Below, one piece after another: positions 25,718-39,400 of a stretch of 48,825 bases of DNA. The translations under genes and the position numbers were made by a program. The DNA lies in NCBI RefSeq assembly GCF_001194135.2, contig NC_068984.1, positions 39,794,427 through 39,843,251 on the forward strand, written 5' to 3'. The notes beneath the pieces are model-generated. The model did no database searches. It saw only the letters and a program-made list of their open reading frames with translations, and was not told the DNA's origin. Each line of letters starts with the position of its first letter. Within the stretch, counting starts at the first letter, position 1. This DNA comes from Octopus bimaculoides. Lineage: Eukaryota.

Positions 25718-28700
25718 ATATCATCATCTTCCTATGTCCATCTTCTATGCTGGTTGAACAGTTTAATAGGATCTGACAAGTCAGATGACTCCAATGACTG
25801 CTTTGGCATGGTTTCTATGGCAGGATGCCTTTCCTAATACCAACAATAGACACATGTACACATGATAGGATTTTTATTACTATTATTTTTCTAAATTCGC
25901 TGTTTGTTTTTTGGCAGGGGGATTGCGGCCCATTTTTTTTTTTTTTTTTAAGTTTTCTGTGTTTTTTCACAAAATATCTCAATATTTTCATGCAGCCATC
26001 ATATAAACATTTTGCAAATATAAGTACCTTCTGAAGCCCTAAGGTTCTCTACTAAAGGGCCTGTGCTAAGCTCAGGTTTTGTGAGATGAAGCAAGTGAGA
26101 GATATTTTCGCAACCACAAAAATGGGCTGCAAATCAGTTTTCTCACAACTATGATATCTGCTAGATTGTAGAATACAACAAGTATTCTGCCCCAGAAATG
26201 TTAATAAAATATAATAGAAAACTGCAGCAAGCACAAATGTACAGATGATGATGATGATTGCCTCATCTTGTCAGATGATAGCTGTCTCACATTCATATGA
26301 TAGTGAGACATCTGTACATCAATTGGATTTGAGTGATAAAAGCTTGTACAACACTTTTACCACTCTCTCGGTCACCATAGTAGGTCCCAGTGACAAGTAT
26401 TGCAAAATGACTGGTACTATTTTGACTGCAAGTTTTATGTAAGAGTATCTTTCTCCTAGAAGAACTGCTTTCCCTGTAGCTTTGTCAAAAATAATGGGAG
26501 CCTCCTCTAACCCTCGGAAATCTATTTAACTCAGAGATGGGACCTGGACAGACACTACCATTCCAGATCAGAAGGGGCCTGAGAGAAATTGTAATTAAGG
26601 GGTGACTCCATGCTCCCCACAACTCCAGAACTCCTAAACTGGAGTCTCACCTCCAGACGCAATTTAATACCCTACCCACAATATACATAATTTTTTTTTC
26701 CTTTTTCTTAAAAATTACATTTCAAATTCGTTATATATAATTTTATTTTATATTCTGTTCCCAAAGCAATTATTTTCTTTTGCTTTACATTATCATAGTC
26801 ATAAAAATTTCACTTTTATTTCATTCAATTTTTCTTTAATAAACTGTAATATTTTGTTTGGTTTTATATTTCACTTTTATGATTTTATTTAAATAGCTAT
26901 AACATCTTTTATTTTATCTCAGTTATTAAATGTTTTCTATCTAAAATTAGGTTTAGTTTTTCTCTCTTTTGATTAGTGAAGTTGGTTATCTTATTCCGTT
27001 ATCAGGTGTGTCATCACCAGTGCAACAAAATAAGCCCCAGTACTTTTTGGTGGTGTCTGGTTATGAATCCATTCCAGCAGGAAGCATGATAATAAATCCT
27101 CGGACAGGTACACAGCAGCTGCTTAAACAATATTCCTGCCGTTACTTCCTTACATTGCTGTGTGTGTGTGCATGACAGTTTCATTCCAATATTACAATTT
27201 GTTAAAATAATTCTGCTCTTAATTAGTTTCCTCTGATTCTTACCACTTAATGTACTACTAAACCAAGTTTAATGCATGGTTTTTGGCTTTATTTTTCTTA
27301 AACTTTTGAAATCAATTGTATAACAAATCACTGAGGGAGTTTGAAGTTTTAATAGACTTTCATGAAACCTTTTGTTTTCTTTTTCTCTCTCTCATCTCTT
27401 TTATCTTCATTCCTGATTCTCTGACAGTTAAATTCTGTTCTCCTGTATTATTTCTCATTGAAATTTGGTTTATGGCTGTGACTGCCATAGTGTTACTAAT
27501 AGTTATATGAAGGGTTTACTGACATGTTTTTTTATTTTTTTATAATGTAAGGAATTGCATGAAATTCAAGTCCAAAGACTAACAGAATTATTCATGAATG
27601 ATATGCCCTGTTATTTTAAGAACCCTATTGTAAAACAGTTATCATAGTTTGTTTTAATGATTAAAAGAAACTGCTCTTGTTGCTAATGCATAAAATCAAA
27701 TGAATTTAAGATTTATTGATAAATATTGTCTTTGTGTATCTATTGCTGTGAAATATAAACAGTGGAAACATGGAAAGACTGGATAGGAAGGAAATAAATA
27801 AGACCAATTGAATATATGACATTCTTTTTAAAAAAATGCAAAGAAATAGTAAATTACTTTGCCTTCCTTTCAATTTATCAGAGACCTTTGAAAATAATTA
27901 ATGTTCAGACATAAGAATAGTGTTTAAAGATTAGATATCTTTGTGTTGTTTTTAAAGATGAAATTATTTAGGAAACTTTCTCTTAACATGTGTTGCTGTT
28001 ATGGGTTCAACAGTTTGCATTAGAACATGTTTGTAAAGCTAATATTTGGATATGTGTATAAAAATGTTAAATGTCATAAAATGTGATTTTGATAGGATTT
28101 GATGCAATAACATTTAAATTTGTAATCAGATGATTTCTCCTTTCAGTTTGCTTATTGAGTGTTTAAAATATGATTCCTTTTCTTCTCAATTATCATTTTA
28201 GCAATATAGTTTCTCACACAAATACAACAGGTTTCAGTAATTTTATTAAGATTATCTTGGAACTCATTTCCCTTACACTTAATTTTACCATTAAATATCG
28301 ATTAATATTATTTCATATATTCCATAATGCTTATTCATTAATGACTTTATATAATCACTTTGTTTTCTTAATTTCATTATGGGGTGCATTTTAGAGTAGA
28401 TTATATATTAGATTGAGATTGTTTTTTTTTTCTTTGTTTTATATTGTTTTTTTTTTTTGTCTTTTTCTTGAATTTTCTGAAAATAAATATTATGAACTAT
28501 TTTCTAAAAGCATGCATTTTTTAAAGATCATATTATAGGATTTTCTGTAAAGATTCAGATCCACCATATAATGAGTAGAAATTCATGTAGCATATACAAT
28601 ATTTTGATGATTGTAATAATTAGCATTGTTTGTAGATTGAATAATTAGCATTGTTTGTAGATTGAATAAACTCTAATACTGAACTTGGATGAGAAGCCAA

Positions 28701-31700
28701 CATCTTGAAAAATAGGGAAAATAATAAATTGCTTTAATTCTCTTTAAATTTATCAGAGAACTTTAAAAATAATCACCATTTGATGCAGGAATAATGTTTA
28801 GAGATTAAATAAATTTGTTTTTCATTGTTTTTGAAAATGAAATGATTTGTCAAACTTCATCTTAATGGCTGCTGCCATGGGTTTAGTAGATTTCATAAGA
28901 ACATCTTTCTATGCATTCTTAATCTCTTGTGTCATCTCATCTGTCAGGAGGGTACATCCTTTACAGGTTTTGATCTAATCATGTCCAACAAAGTCCTGAC
29001 AATAATGGAAGTCATTATTGTGATTACAGCAAAGCATAAATTTACATACAGCAACATTTTAAATATCTTAACATTTAAACAAATGATAGAGCTTGAATGC
29101 TACCACATTTAAATGTTGTTGGTTGTTCAAACTAGAAATAGCTGCCAAATACCTCTCAAATCATATTAAAAGGAAAAAGAGAAACACATTGAATAATGAA
29201 GCTCTAATTATACTCTGTCCTAAAAAAATCCAAATAGATGGTCACAACTGAAATTTGTTTGACTGTAGGTCTATCATTTTCATTTTAATTATCTAAATTA
29301 CCAAAGGCAATGGATGTTTTCTTCTTTTTTTCTTATATGTTTTTTCATATAAGTTTTCTGTCTGGTAGGAGTCAAGTTAGAACGGTGCTATACTGATGAC
29401 ATCTGTAAGGCAAAAATACATCTTCATAGCTATCTCTGGCATGTTAATTCATGAGAATTCTCGAATTCATCTCCCCTTCTAATTCAAAATCAGTAGCAAT
29501 TATCTCTAGGTGTTTGCTTACCATCTCCTGAAGTGAAGATAATTTCAGTAAATCAAGAATTTATTTTGTGTGCTATTTAGTATACTTTCCTCAATCTTCT
29601 CTTAGTGGTTAGTTATTTTTCTTATATCATCATCCTCATTTAATGTCCCTATCCCATGCTGTTGTGGGTTGGATAGTTTGACAGGATCTGATCAACCAGA
29701 GGGCAGTCTTGGGCTCCAATGTCTGCTTTGACAAGGTTTCTACAGCTGGATGCCCTTCCTAATACCAACCACTTAACTGTACCAGGCACTTCACAAATAC
29801 ACACATCACAGCACCACAATAACAATTGACTTTTGAACCTCATCAAGAAAGAAAAAGTAAATTCTTTAAATATTTAAAAAAAAATTAATTGTCCATAGTG
29901 TTTCAAAACAAAAAAAGATACTGCATTTTATACGTTCTAAGAATAAACAAGAAGTTCTGTCACAAAAAGCTCTAAGTGCTATGTTTATTAAGATACTTGC
30001 TTTATTTGTTTTTCATTCATTATATCATGTTTAGTTCTCGAAGTAATGTTGAGATGAACTGCTGTAATTGTTGCTTTCTGACTTGTTTTCCTCTGAACTT
30101 AACTGACCTGTTGTGTTAATTAGGAAGTTGAAGTGGTAGAAATGAATGCCCTCTAACCATTGATCTAAATTATTGATTAACTTTATTTCATTCTGATTTA
30201 TAAATGGAATTTGTTTTTAACAACCCACTTAATGTATCAATACAAATTGATGTAGGAAATGGTAAAATTATATAACGAGAAATTATTCTTTCCAGCTTAA
30301 TTGTGATCAAAGTAAACCTGTTTTATTATTTTCAATGGAAAAAATATCAAAACTTAAGAAATTTTTAAGAAAAAAAGAAAAAAATCAAAAACTAATTTTC
30401 TGTAAATGACAAATCAATAAGCTGAAAATCACCTGATACATACTCAGTTAACTAATTAGTAATTCAGAAATTTGGTAATAATGAAAATTTAGAAGCTGTG
30501 TATGTGAGTCCCATTATATTTATTGTTTTCTTGAATGAGCCACATTTTTGATACCAGCTATAAGATATTCAAGGCTGTTGTATGACAATGTGAAAAGATA
30601 GCTGAGTGGTTGAAAAATTTGCTTCACAATCATGAGATCCCAATTTCTATTCCACTATGTGGTATCTTGAACAAAGTATCGTGACCCAAACCTTGTAAGT
30701 GAAATTGGGTTGACAAAAACTGTTTTAGAGTCCATTGGACAATCTGTATCAGTAATTCAAAAGGGCTGACCTGTCTCACAAACTCTACCTGAGAATTATA
30801 TGGTTTCACTTGTTCAGAATACACAGCCATTTACTCACTGGTTCAATGAGTTGGTAGTTTATTTGATAGAACAAGTGAATACTCATCACCAAAGCTTTTT
30901 TTTCAACTGTGACAATAACAACACTAAAATGAAAAAAGTTTGATCAAATTCGAAAAAATGAATTTATATTAAATCTTAGACAATCTAAATTATTTTTATT
31001 AAATGAAAAACCATATTTTTGAAGATGTTAAGATAGAGAAATATATTGGTTTTGCTTCAAGGTCTTCTTGGTAGCTGCATTCTTGGAGCAATAAAAAGAT
31101 CTTTTACAGTGATATGCAAAAAGAATCGTCAATACTCTTGAAATTATGGTGATACTGTGTTCAAATATAATATTATTTAGAGAGTACAGTTCATCAAGGA
31201 GTAGATTGATGTAAAAGTAGTCAAAGAAAATCCACAAAATAGAAGGCACCTTTTAGAGACTTGCTTCATGAGGCTAGATTTATAGTGCTTAGTTAGTCTT
31301 CAATGCTCCACAGGTGGAAGAGATCTATTATAGGCATATAAAATAACAGTAGGAAAAACATACCTCAAAAGGAAAATTTACTGGAAGATTAATTGTCAAC
31401 AAGAGGCATTTCATATAAGTTGTTTAAGAAGTGATGTAATTAGCTACCAAGACAGCAAATCTTTTCAAACAGCCTCAATAGAAACTGAAACCATTTACTA
31501 AGGTAGCTATTCAAGATGAAGACAGCCACTCAGTACAAATATAAACTTAATGAAGAGAACTTGGAAAAGCCCATCTACTATGCAGAAAAGGCACATGATA
31601 AAAAGTCAGCATTGATATGATTTGCTAATCAGCCTATAAAGCTGTAAAGTTAAAAAATGAATTTATTTCAGCCTTCCTCTGGTTTGCTGTAGAGTAATTC

Positions 31701-34232
31701 TTCTGTAACAATCTGCACACAGACTAACTGCATTTATTGATAACAAATTATATAATCAATGTATTGAATTTATTGTCTAATTTAAATGCTAAATTTTGTA
31801 AGGTCAAGTTAATTCAAAATTTGATGATCTGAGAATTTGATATCCTTTCTGACAAAAAGGTTGTTTCAAAAATATAGCAGAAATGCTTCACAAGGACGAA
31901 AATTTCCCAGAGATGGTGTCTCCCACTCAGATTATTATATCTTGACTCATGCAATGGAAGCTTTTAAAAGAAGATAAATGTGTATATTCTACTAGTTCTA
32001 TTGTAGGTCAGAGATAGATCCCTTGGTTAGGAAACATGCTCATACAGCCTAAACTTATACAATTTGTATATAATTTGTATATAATGCATTTAAATTAAAT
32101 ATTTGATGAATTTTGTATGTGAATCTGATTTAAGATTTTGACCCATGCCAGCAAGGAAGGCAGACGTTAAGCAATGATGGTGATGATTTATCCTTATTTT
32201 AAAAGCTTTGCTACTATACAGACATGCAGAGCTAAATGTTGCAGATAGCTCTTCATTTATTTTACATCTGACAATGGAGTGTACAGGGAAAATAGTTTTG
32301 TTTATATATTTTGGTGTCATCAATGACACCAAACATTTAAGACAGGTAGCTCAAATATAAATTCTATGAATATTACTACATTTAAAGCTTTCAGTATATT
32401 TATCATTATATGATATCAGTTTCACTTGTTAAAAATAATATTCACTGCTGTTGTTCTATAATAGAGGCAGAATTAATTTCAGTGGAGGCAAAATAAATTT
32501 TACTAGTTATAATGTAATGATACATTGGCCATAGTGTTTGTATCTAGACAGAGGAATCAGGGGTAAATGGGTGTAGGTGATGTTCTGTATAAATTCTTGA
32601 AGATAGTAAACTGGGTATGAGTGCCAGAGAAATGCAGTTTGGGAGAAGAGGAATGTATATATTATGTTTATCAATTCATTTTGCAAGATTCCTGATGTGA
32701 AATCATGTGTTGAAACAGATATTGTTGTATTTTGAGATGGTCTTTTTTTTGCCAAATAAACACACACACTATTTTTTTTTCTTCATCCGTTTATTACTGT
32801 TATTTCATTATTATAATGTCTATCCATTGACCAGAAATCTTCCATCACACATCTGTGACCTCTTCAGTGACACTTTTCATTTCTGTGTGTATTCTTGCTC
32901 CACTTACTCCATTTAAATGTAGTAATATTCGTAGAGAATGGAGTAAGTAGGGCAAGAACACATACAGAAATGAAGAGTGTCGCTGAAGAGGTCAAAGATG
33001 TGTGATGAAAGATTTCCAGATAATGGACAGGCATTAAAATAATAAAATAACAGTAATAAACAAGCGAAGAAAAATATATATATATATAGTGCATGTGTTT
33101 ATTTGGCAAAAAAAATAATAATAAATAAAATGACCATCCTGAAATACAACAATATAAGATTTATATATTGTATTTTATGCATAGTTCAATGAGATATGGG
33201 ATAGGAGGAAAAGAAGTACATGCATCAAATGGGTTTATGTGAAGTCAGTCATCATTATCATCATCATCAGTATATCATTAAATTTAGAATAAGAGGAATT
33301 GTAGATCCAAGAAAGCAAAATATTTTATCCACCTAACATATGTTAACAGAAATAATTCTTTTCAGCTGTGTTTTTTTTTAAATAACATTGTTGGAGTTAT
33401 AAATATTTAATATTTATATCTTGTTGCTTTGCTTGTTATATGTTATAATTTTTTGTTGATTTTTTTTTGTTTTTTTTTTTTTGGCTTATAAACTAATCTT
33501 TTTTAAATAAAATGTTTACATTCAATAATAAGTAATAATTTTTTTCTATGTCAACCACTTTTTTTTTCCAGGTCAGGTTTATCTGAATGCAGACGGGACT
33601 ATCTACAGACACAATCCCAATCAAACTCTTCCTGCATCTGTTTCTTTCAGTCCTGCTGGACCTCCTATCTTTTCTCAACACCAATTTGTCATGGATGCTC
33701 GCCAATATCCTGTAAGGTTCTTCCCAATAGGTTTTTTTAGAATCTCACACACACACACACACACACACATTCTCTCTCTCACACACACGCACACACATGC
33801 AGAAAATGTTTTAATAAACATAACTTAAACTCTGCAATTGTCATTAATATTCTTTTCCACATCTAATTATTTTTAAAATGTGTAAACTGGAATAATGGAA
33901 TGAATTTATAAGAAAAATTAAGTTTTTATCCAATTACAAGTAATTTTTATTTGCCTGTCGTGGTACTTAAATGAGAATGAGATGTAAGGGGACAATGTTT
34001 TTGAGATTCCGGTTCGAATGACATGAGTGTTTTTGTTTCACTTTTGTCACGTAATACTTACATAGTGGAGGAGATATGATGTTGCTGTAGGCTGGAAGTA
34101 TGCAAGAAGTTAAAATCTTTTTTGACTAAAATACAAGTAAGGCATGTGTAAAATTTGAATGAAATTGGTTGTGTAGTTCTGGACTTTTAGGGATTCACAC
34201 AAACACACACACACACACAGACATACATTCTC

Positions 34233-34265
<33 letters not shown>

Positions 34266-36364
34266 GATAGATAGATAATATACCACAAAATCACGTATCA
34301 CTGAAAAAATAGTAATGCCTTCTGCTGGAAAGAAACTCATTGTAGCCAGCTGAAGTCAGAAAATTCTAAATAGGTCACTAAATAAATACATTCTAATAAA
34401 ATTTATGATGCATAATTATAAATCCTAATAAAACAGGATCATTTGTATGTGCATGATCTTAATATTCACATTACAGCAATAAATGTATACTATATATGTG
34501 TATGTATGTGTGTGTGTGTAAACAGAATATATCATATTTGTTGATAATTGTTTGAATATTTGAGCAGGATTCCAATGGAATGACTGAATTATCACAACAG
34601 TTAGGATCAGTAAGTTTGAGTCAGCAACAACAACAACAGCAACAGCAACAGCAGCAACAACAGCAACAGCAACAACAGACTGATAGTCTTAATGAACTAC
34701 CTGGTGCATCGAGGCAAATTTTATATGGTAATTCCACAGCTACAAACCAAGTACAAACTAGTTGTACTCAACCTACTGCTGCATATCAACAGGTAAGGTC
34801 ACAGTTAATACTGCTATTTTACACAGTTGGAATACACTGTTCTTTATGTTGTGGAGCAATGGTCTAACCAAGAATTTTTTTAAAATAAGAAGAAATCTGA
34901 GAACAAGATTGGTATAGCTCTGCTAGAATTGTTTATGTATTATAGCTGTATAGTTATGAAGTTTGCTATGCATTCATGGGGCTTTGGGGTTTAGCTTTAA
35001 ATTGACCAATATTTTGTGGAAAGAATATGATAGACAGAAATTGTATAGAAATTTGTTATGCATATTTGTATGTGTGTGTGTCTTTTAATAATGTATATTG
35101 GTGAAAGATGCAAGCATCAATGAAATATAACAGTACTCTTCAAATGAAGTCCTTTGCCTCATTTTAATATTGATGTCTTAGTAGTCTTATTCCAAATAAT
35201 ACTTGTATATCATCAGGATTTGCTTCGAAGTGGTTTGTCTGCTATCTTAAGAAGACTTGTATCCTATAAAATTAAACACAGTTTCAAAACTTTACAACTA
35301 ATATTATTCTGTTTTATTTATTTACAGGGCTACCCAACTACTCATGGTGTCAGCGGACAAGCTTTCCGCTACATGCTTCCAGTTCCTCTTCTATCATCTG
35401 GCCAACAACAAGGTCAGAATCCTACTGCTGTTGCTATAGATAGCCAATCAGCAGCTGGTCAACCTGGCTCTACTAATGTAGGGCAGTATCATCAACCCTT
35501 TATTACAGGGGTGCCAAGCTACCCTTACCAGTCAGTCACATCACCACCCAATACTGAAGCTTATCCAAACTCCAATTATGCCCCACAGCCAACTGTCGGC
35601 CAAGTTGATTCTGCAATACCAGGTTATACCACTTGCCCATCTAGTTATCCATCCTATGGACAAAATAACTACACCCCTCAAACTCCACAATATTATACAA
35701 TGGCTGCATCTAGCCCACAAATAGGTTATAACTTCAATAGTACTGGAACATATCGACCTACCACACCTCCTAGTCAAGCTCCTGTATCCACTTCAAATGT
35801 ACCTTTGAATGTTGGACCACCAATTAGTATTGGACAACCGACTGGAAATAGTCCTACAGCTAATGCTACACAACTTCAAAGCCAATATGTTCCATATAAT
35901 TATCCTCACTATGCTCCAGCCCAACCACCTCGTGCACCTAATACTCAAATAATGCAGTTTTCCACAACCCAAGTTCATCCATCAGCTCCTCAATCATACC
36001 CGGTGATGCGGCCAAATATGCAAATAAATGTGCCATTGCCACCTACAGCTGCAGCAGCACCTCCACCTCCCACTAATCAGAGCTCTGCTACAGCCCTAGC
36101 AGCTCAACCAATGCATACTACTCCAATCTGCATCAAGAATTTCACCGATCTCAGCCGACTGCAGTCAAAGGTTGCCTCAGGTAGCACCAGTTGTGGAGGG
36201 GAAGCAAATAGTAACAGTGGGCCACCCTGTGGAAATATGGACTCTGCACTGTCTGAGCATACTCATGTTTGTAATAAGGAATTTGTTAATAATACAGCTA
36301 ATGTTGCTGCACCTGGTACTGGAACCATGCTAAGATCAAATACTGGTGAGTTTGTGTTTTTCAT

Positions 36365-36400
<36 letters not shown>

Positions 36401-39400
36401 GTATATATATATAAATAAGCAATTTCATCCAAAATATTTTTAAAAAGATAGATTATTCTCTCTGTGATAATGACATAGACACAGGTATGTAAAAAAGGTG
36501 ATATGATCTAGCAGTAGGGGTTAAAGCTGTAATAATTGAATGGTGGCTTGTGACAAGGTGTCTAGATTTTACTTTAGAATATAACTTGTTGCAAAAGTTG
36601 CATGTATATGTGTATGACATGATATACATAAAAAAAAGATGTCCTTGCTTAATACGTTATATATAAATTACATATTTGCCTTTTACTTTCTATGAATAAT
36701 TTCATCTGTAAATCAAGGTAAAGTTGTTTCAGTTAGTGACATTAGTGAACAACATTTTGAACACAATAAAACAGGCCATTTCTTTGATACAGTATTTCAC
36801 TGCATCTAATATCTAACTTATTCTAAGCAGATGAATGAAATATAATCATAACTAGATTCAATATGTTTCTACTAAAATTTCATAGCTTACAGGCCACACT
36901 AATTAATCATTCATGTGTGAAGTTTAGACAAGACTTTGCTTTGTATATCTCAGACACTGAAAATTTTGACTACAAATGGTCTTGTAAAAAGAGATCTTGT
37001 GAACCCATACTCTTTGAGACATGAACATGAAAATAATTATAACCAGGAATTATAAATAGATTACAACCACTGTGCTCACCACTTAATTCAGTAGATATTG
37101 ATTAGCCTCAATGTAAACATTTACAGAGAAGCGGGAATAGTTGATTGACCCAACCAAACTAGTGTATGTTACCATCACCAATCTTAGTAAGATGAAAGAC
37201 ACAGTTGATCCAGGAATTTGAACTAAGTTCACAAAAGATACTACTAAATATTATTGTAAGGCATTCAGTCCAAGTGTTAACTTGAAATTTGTTTGTATTA
37301 AAATTTTTGTGGTAAAGTTTTTTTTTTTTAAATCTGTATATATGGAAAGAAAAAAATTCTGTTGATGATAAAAAAACAAGATACCAAATCAGTTTAGCCT
37401 ATAAGGGATATATAAACTGCCCACTAACAGGATAATAAACTAAGAAAGACATTTTATGTCAAGAGAAAAATAAAAATAATATCTGAGTAAAAATTATAAC
37501 AAAAAATTATAAAATTATAGCTTGAAACATTTTTCAAATAAAATTTTTTATTTTTTTCATTTCTGATTGTAAATCTCAAATTCTAACCTTTTATTGTGAT
37601 CCAGAGCTCACCAAAAAACACACACATACACAAACACACCTATTCACTTTTTTTCACCCTGCAGACTTACTCATAAATTATGTTCTCTTGTAATTGACAG
37701 CGGATTCTTTGCGGTTCATTAGTCCATCAGGATTCCGCCCACAAGTTCAACCTTTACCATTGAATCATCAACGAACTCGGTATTGTTTTCCTTCTTCCAC
37801 TTTGTTTGAACAATCAAGCTATTTCTTTCTTCCTTGTTAATTTAAAAATCAAATTAGATTTCTATAACAATTCAATTATTCATTTCTTCAATCTAGTTTT
37901 ATAATTAAGGTCTTTTTTTTTTCATTTTGCAATATTTATGTAAAACATTCTGATAAAACATGTTATCTTTTTTACATTTATGTATTTGTTGTGCAAAATT
38001 CCTGATGTGGTCTTGTTCAAAAGATGTTTGACTAAGAACCACCATGAAATCTATAAAGATAATTATGATTAGGTTAATCCTTCTTAAAAAACAAACATTA
38101 AAGAAAGATAAATGTAGTTTAGCTAAAGAAAGTACGATACAAAGGATATGTAAATTTACCTGTTCAGTTCCTGTATGGACGAGATAACCAGAATATCATG
38201 TCATTTCCTAATATTCTTTTATGTTCTAGTATTTCTTCCAATTTTGTCTTTTTACTATTTACAGGCACTGCTATCATTGTTTTCTTGCTCTGTCATTTCA
38301 GTCCTCCAAACTGCCAGTATAACAGCAGCTTTGGAGTTGTTGGTAACACTAATAACTCTATTGGAAATAAAGTTAAAAACAAAAAATCACCACGTGGTAT
38401 TAGCAAAGACTGTTGCACGGGGAACCAATCATCTACTGGTAATGACGCAGACTCAAGAGGTATGAAACGCATTTCTTTCAGCATCTAATTTATTTGAAAA
38501 TTTACGTTCATTTCCATAGATAAATTGAATTAGAATATATTATTTATATTATAGAGAGATAATATGTAATTTCTTACATTTAATCATAAGGCTTTTGGAG
38601 GAAAAGAACGAGTTTGGTCTGTCAGATTAACTTACATATGTGACTGATACTTTATTGATCTTAGAAGAACAAAAAACAAAGTCATCTCTGGCAGAATTTT
38701 CACTTAGAACTTAGGTGGACAGAACTAAATACATTGAGGCATTCACTGTGACTTCCTACCTACTATTTCTGCCACTTCACAGCGTTTGATATGAAAAGCA
38801 AGTATAATAATCTGTTAATCAACTTTTGCAATCAAAAGCAGTTGTTTAGTTTGTAAGATGGTGGTTTAATGACCCAAATGTGACAATTTCAAATGTTGCC
38901 ACTGGTATTATGTTGTATCCATAGACAGGCCATGCTACTCTACTTGATAAATTCATATCATTTATGGTGCACAGTTATGAAGTTATATAAATTTCGAAAT
39001 TTTTTTTAAATAGACTGAATTTATTTTTCTTGATTTGACTCTGATTTTATTCCACTAGGATCAGTTTTATTTGTGTAATCCACTTGAATTTTCTAAATGA
39101 GCTTTTTTAATATCATACACATTAAAAATCATAACATTCTTCATAGTTTTTTAGTAAAATATTGAAGTGAATAAACAACCATCCTCCTACATTTCACATA
39201 TAATATAGTGTAATCTTTTCAATGCAAACACCATAAAGGTATCAGCTAATCCTTACTTAGAAAAATATTTTTAATTCTTTTATTGTAATCCTGTAATCCT
39301 AGTTCATTACTATATATACAGTACATATTTAAAAAGTTTGTTAGAAATCAAATATTCCTTTTTCTTTTTTTTTTTTTTTAATTCCTAATGAATGTATCAT

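Noticed and set aside
35154-35327. N-terminal extension of the 429-aa ORF
   Set aside because: Intronic, hydrophobic AT-rich codons upstream of the clear acceptor at 35326-35327
35541-35978. Minus-strand ORFs opposite exon G (also 33493-33705 and 38293-38484)
   Set aside because: Antisense shadows of real exons
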